NCBI RefSeq assembly: GCF_000195855.1
Contig: NC_002677.1
Coordinates: 1,050,001-1,082,000, forward strand
DNA length: 32,000 nt
Direction of reading: 5' to 3'
From: Mycobacterium leprae TN
GTDB taxonomy: Bacteria; Actinomycetota; Actinomycetes; Mycobacteriales; Mycobacteriaceae
The notes under the pieces are model-generated. The model was not told the origin of the DNA. It worked only from the letters and a program-made list of their open reading frames with translations, and did not search any database. The position numbers were made by a program, and so were the translations under genes. Below are positions 30,221 through 32,000 of the stretch, in pieces (within the stretch, counting starts at the first letter, position 1; each line of letters opens with the position of its first letter).

Positions 30221-31693
30221 GTGCTTGACACACTGGTACCGGGCGCGCCTGTATTAGTAGCTGGTGGCGGGGTGACCGGGCGGGCGGTACTGGCGGCGCT
30301 GACCCGTTTTGGCATGGCGGCAACGCTGTGTGACGACGACCCAGCCGCCCTGCAGCAATACGCCGACAACGGGGTGGCTACCGTGAGTGCAGCTACCGCC
30401 ACACAACAGATGTTCGAGCGGGGAAGAAAATACGTCCTGGTGGTCACCAGTCCAGGTTTCGCGCCGACCACCCCCGTGCTCGTCGCCGCGTCGGCGGCGC
30501 GGGTGCCTATTTGGGGCGATGTGGAGTTAGCTTGGCGACTCGATGCCGCGGGCTACTACGGGCCGCCACGTCGCTGGCTTGTGGTGACGGGTACGAACGG
30601 TAAAACGACGACGACGTCAATGCTGCACGCGATGTTGGCGGCAGATAACCGGCGTAGCCTGCTGTGTGGAAACATCGGCCGCCCGGTGCTGGATGTCTTA
30701 ACTGAGTTCGCCGAACCCTCGGATTTTCTTGCTGTCGAGCTGTCCAGTTTTCAGCTGCACTGGGCTCCTTCGCTACGGCCGGAGGCCGGCGTGGTGCTCA
30801 ACATTGCCGAAGACCACCTCGACTGGCATTCGACAATGGCCGATTACACCATGGCGAAGGCTCGGGTGCTGACCGGCCGGGTGGCGGTGGTTGGGCTGGA
30901 CGACAGCCGGGCCGCGGCACTGCTGAGCACGACAGTAGCGCCGGTACGGGTCGGCTTCCGGTTCGGAGAACCAGCTGTGGGCGAGCTCGGGGTGCGTGAC
31001 GGTTATCTCGTTGATCGTGCGTTTGCTGAAGACCTGGCCTTAATGCCGGTTACGTCGATACCGGTGTCGGGCCCGGTCGGAGTTCTCGACGCGTTGGCCG
31101 CTGCGGCACTGGCCCGCAGTGTCGGTGTGGGGGCGACCGCGATCGCCGACGCGGTCGCATTGTTTCGGCTGGGCCGACACCGGGCGGAGGTGGTAGCCGT
31201 TGCTGACGGGATCCGCTACGTTGATGATTCCAAGGCCACCAACCCGCACGCAGCTCTTGTCTCGGTATTAGCCTACCCGCGTGTGGTGTGGGTGGCCGGT
31301 GGCCTACTCAAGGGTGCGTCTGTCGATGCGGAGGTTGCGCGCATGGCGCCTCAGTTGGTCGGCGCGGTGCTGATCGGCCGAGATCGCGCGATGGTTGCCG
31401 AGGCGTTATCACGACACGCGCCCAATGTCCCCGTTGTCCAGGTTGTGGCAGGCGAGGATGCTGGTATGCATGCGGTTGCCGTTGTTTCTGGTACTGATGT
31501 GATAAGCATCAGTGATGTTGGCGGGACTATCGGTACTCGCGTGATGGTTGCGGCCGTGGCGGCGGCCCGGGATTTAGCCCAACCTGGTGACACCGTACTG
31601 CTGGCACCGGCCGGCGCGTCGTTCGACCAATTTAGCGGTTATGCCGACCGCGGTGACACATTCGCAACTGCCGTGCGCGCAGCGATCCGGTAG
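30221..31693 (+). CDS. murD: UDP-N-acetylmuramoylalanine--D-glutamate ligase
   Basis: [14 protein letters not shown]-loop and [13 protein letters not shown] 30221 lies 1 nt after the mraY TGA. TTG 30209 is the alternative overlapping start. Confidence 0.93.
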
Positions 31694-32000
31694 GTGGGCG
31701 TGGGTAACGCGCTGGGTCGGGATAGGGGTCGGGGCACGGGAGATAACAACAGTGTGCAGGCCGCCACGACCGTGGAGGCGGTTGAGCCCGGCACTGCTAC
31801 GACCGGCGAAGTGTCCGAAGCGGAGGCCAAAAGAGCCGGCTCTCTGAGGGCCGGAGTACGCGGCCCTCAGACTCGGTTCGATGCCTGGCTGGGCCGGCCG
31901 ATGGCCTCCTTTCATCTGATAATTGCTGTGGCTGGATTGCTGACGGCATTAGGTCTGATAATGGTGTTGTCGGCCTCAGGTGTGCGGTCCTACGGCGACG
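31694..32000 (+). CDS. ftsW: SEDS-family lipid II flippase/peptidoglycan polymerase FtsW, 5' end only (continues past the window)
   Basis: This frame is not in the ORF track because it is open to the window end. GTG 31694 directly follows the murD TAG. My translation is [33 protein letters not shown]...[42 protein letters not shown]. It matches the FtsW N-terminal TM1 region (FHLII...GLIMVLSAS). Confidence 0.85.
   Translation, partial: MGVGNALGRDRGRGTGDNNSVQAATTVEAVEPGTATTGEVSEAEAKRAGSLRAGVRGPQTRFDAWLGRPMASFHLIIAVAGLLTALGLIMVLSASGVRSYGD

Overview
High-GC actinobacterial chromosome, almost certainly Mycobacterium. Gene content, order and protein sequences match my memory of M. tuberculosis Rv2191 through Rv2154c read in inverted orientation. 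Several frameshifted genes among intact neighbours suggest a reductive M. leprae-type genome, but no database check was possible. The left two thirds (1-20.7 kb) is a cell-envelope and housekeeping neighbourhood. It holds RipC endopeptidase, PimB, FadD15, two SRPBCC proteins, an ArsA/Get3-like ATPase with a small Cys-motif partner, a PlsC-type acyltransferase, two GT-C mannosyltransferases (Rv2181-like, MptA), an exoribonuclease, AroG, PknL and its divergent HTH partner, an MTHFR-like protein, LppM, a GNAT and a DUF3040 protein. The right third (20.9-32 kb) is the division/cell-wall (dcw) cluster: mraZ-rsmH-ftsL-like-pbpB-murE-murF-mraY-murD-ftsW(5' end). I support three decayed genes: a DnaQ-like exonuclease at the left edge, a membrane-protein gene at about 10.4-10.8 kb, and the idsA2 polyprenyl synthase. 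I saw no tRNA, rRNA, CRISPR array, transposase or prophage gene. The structures worth a second look are: three long perfect palindromes (332-372, 2102-2137, 21527-21615), two of which hold a candidate start codon of the downstream gene in their 3' arm; a 10-bp-phased RTGGKK direct-repeat array upstream of mraZ; five convergent gene pairs abutting within 12 nt or less; and an uncharacterised, translationally coupled SRPBCC/ArsA-HSP20/Cys-motif module kept intact amid gene decay.
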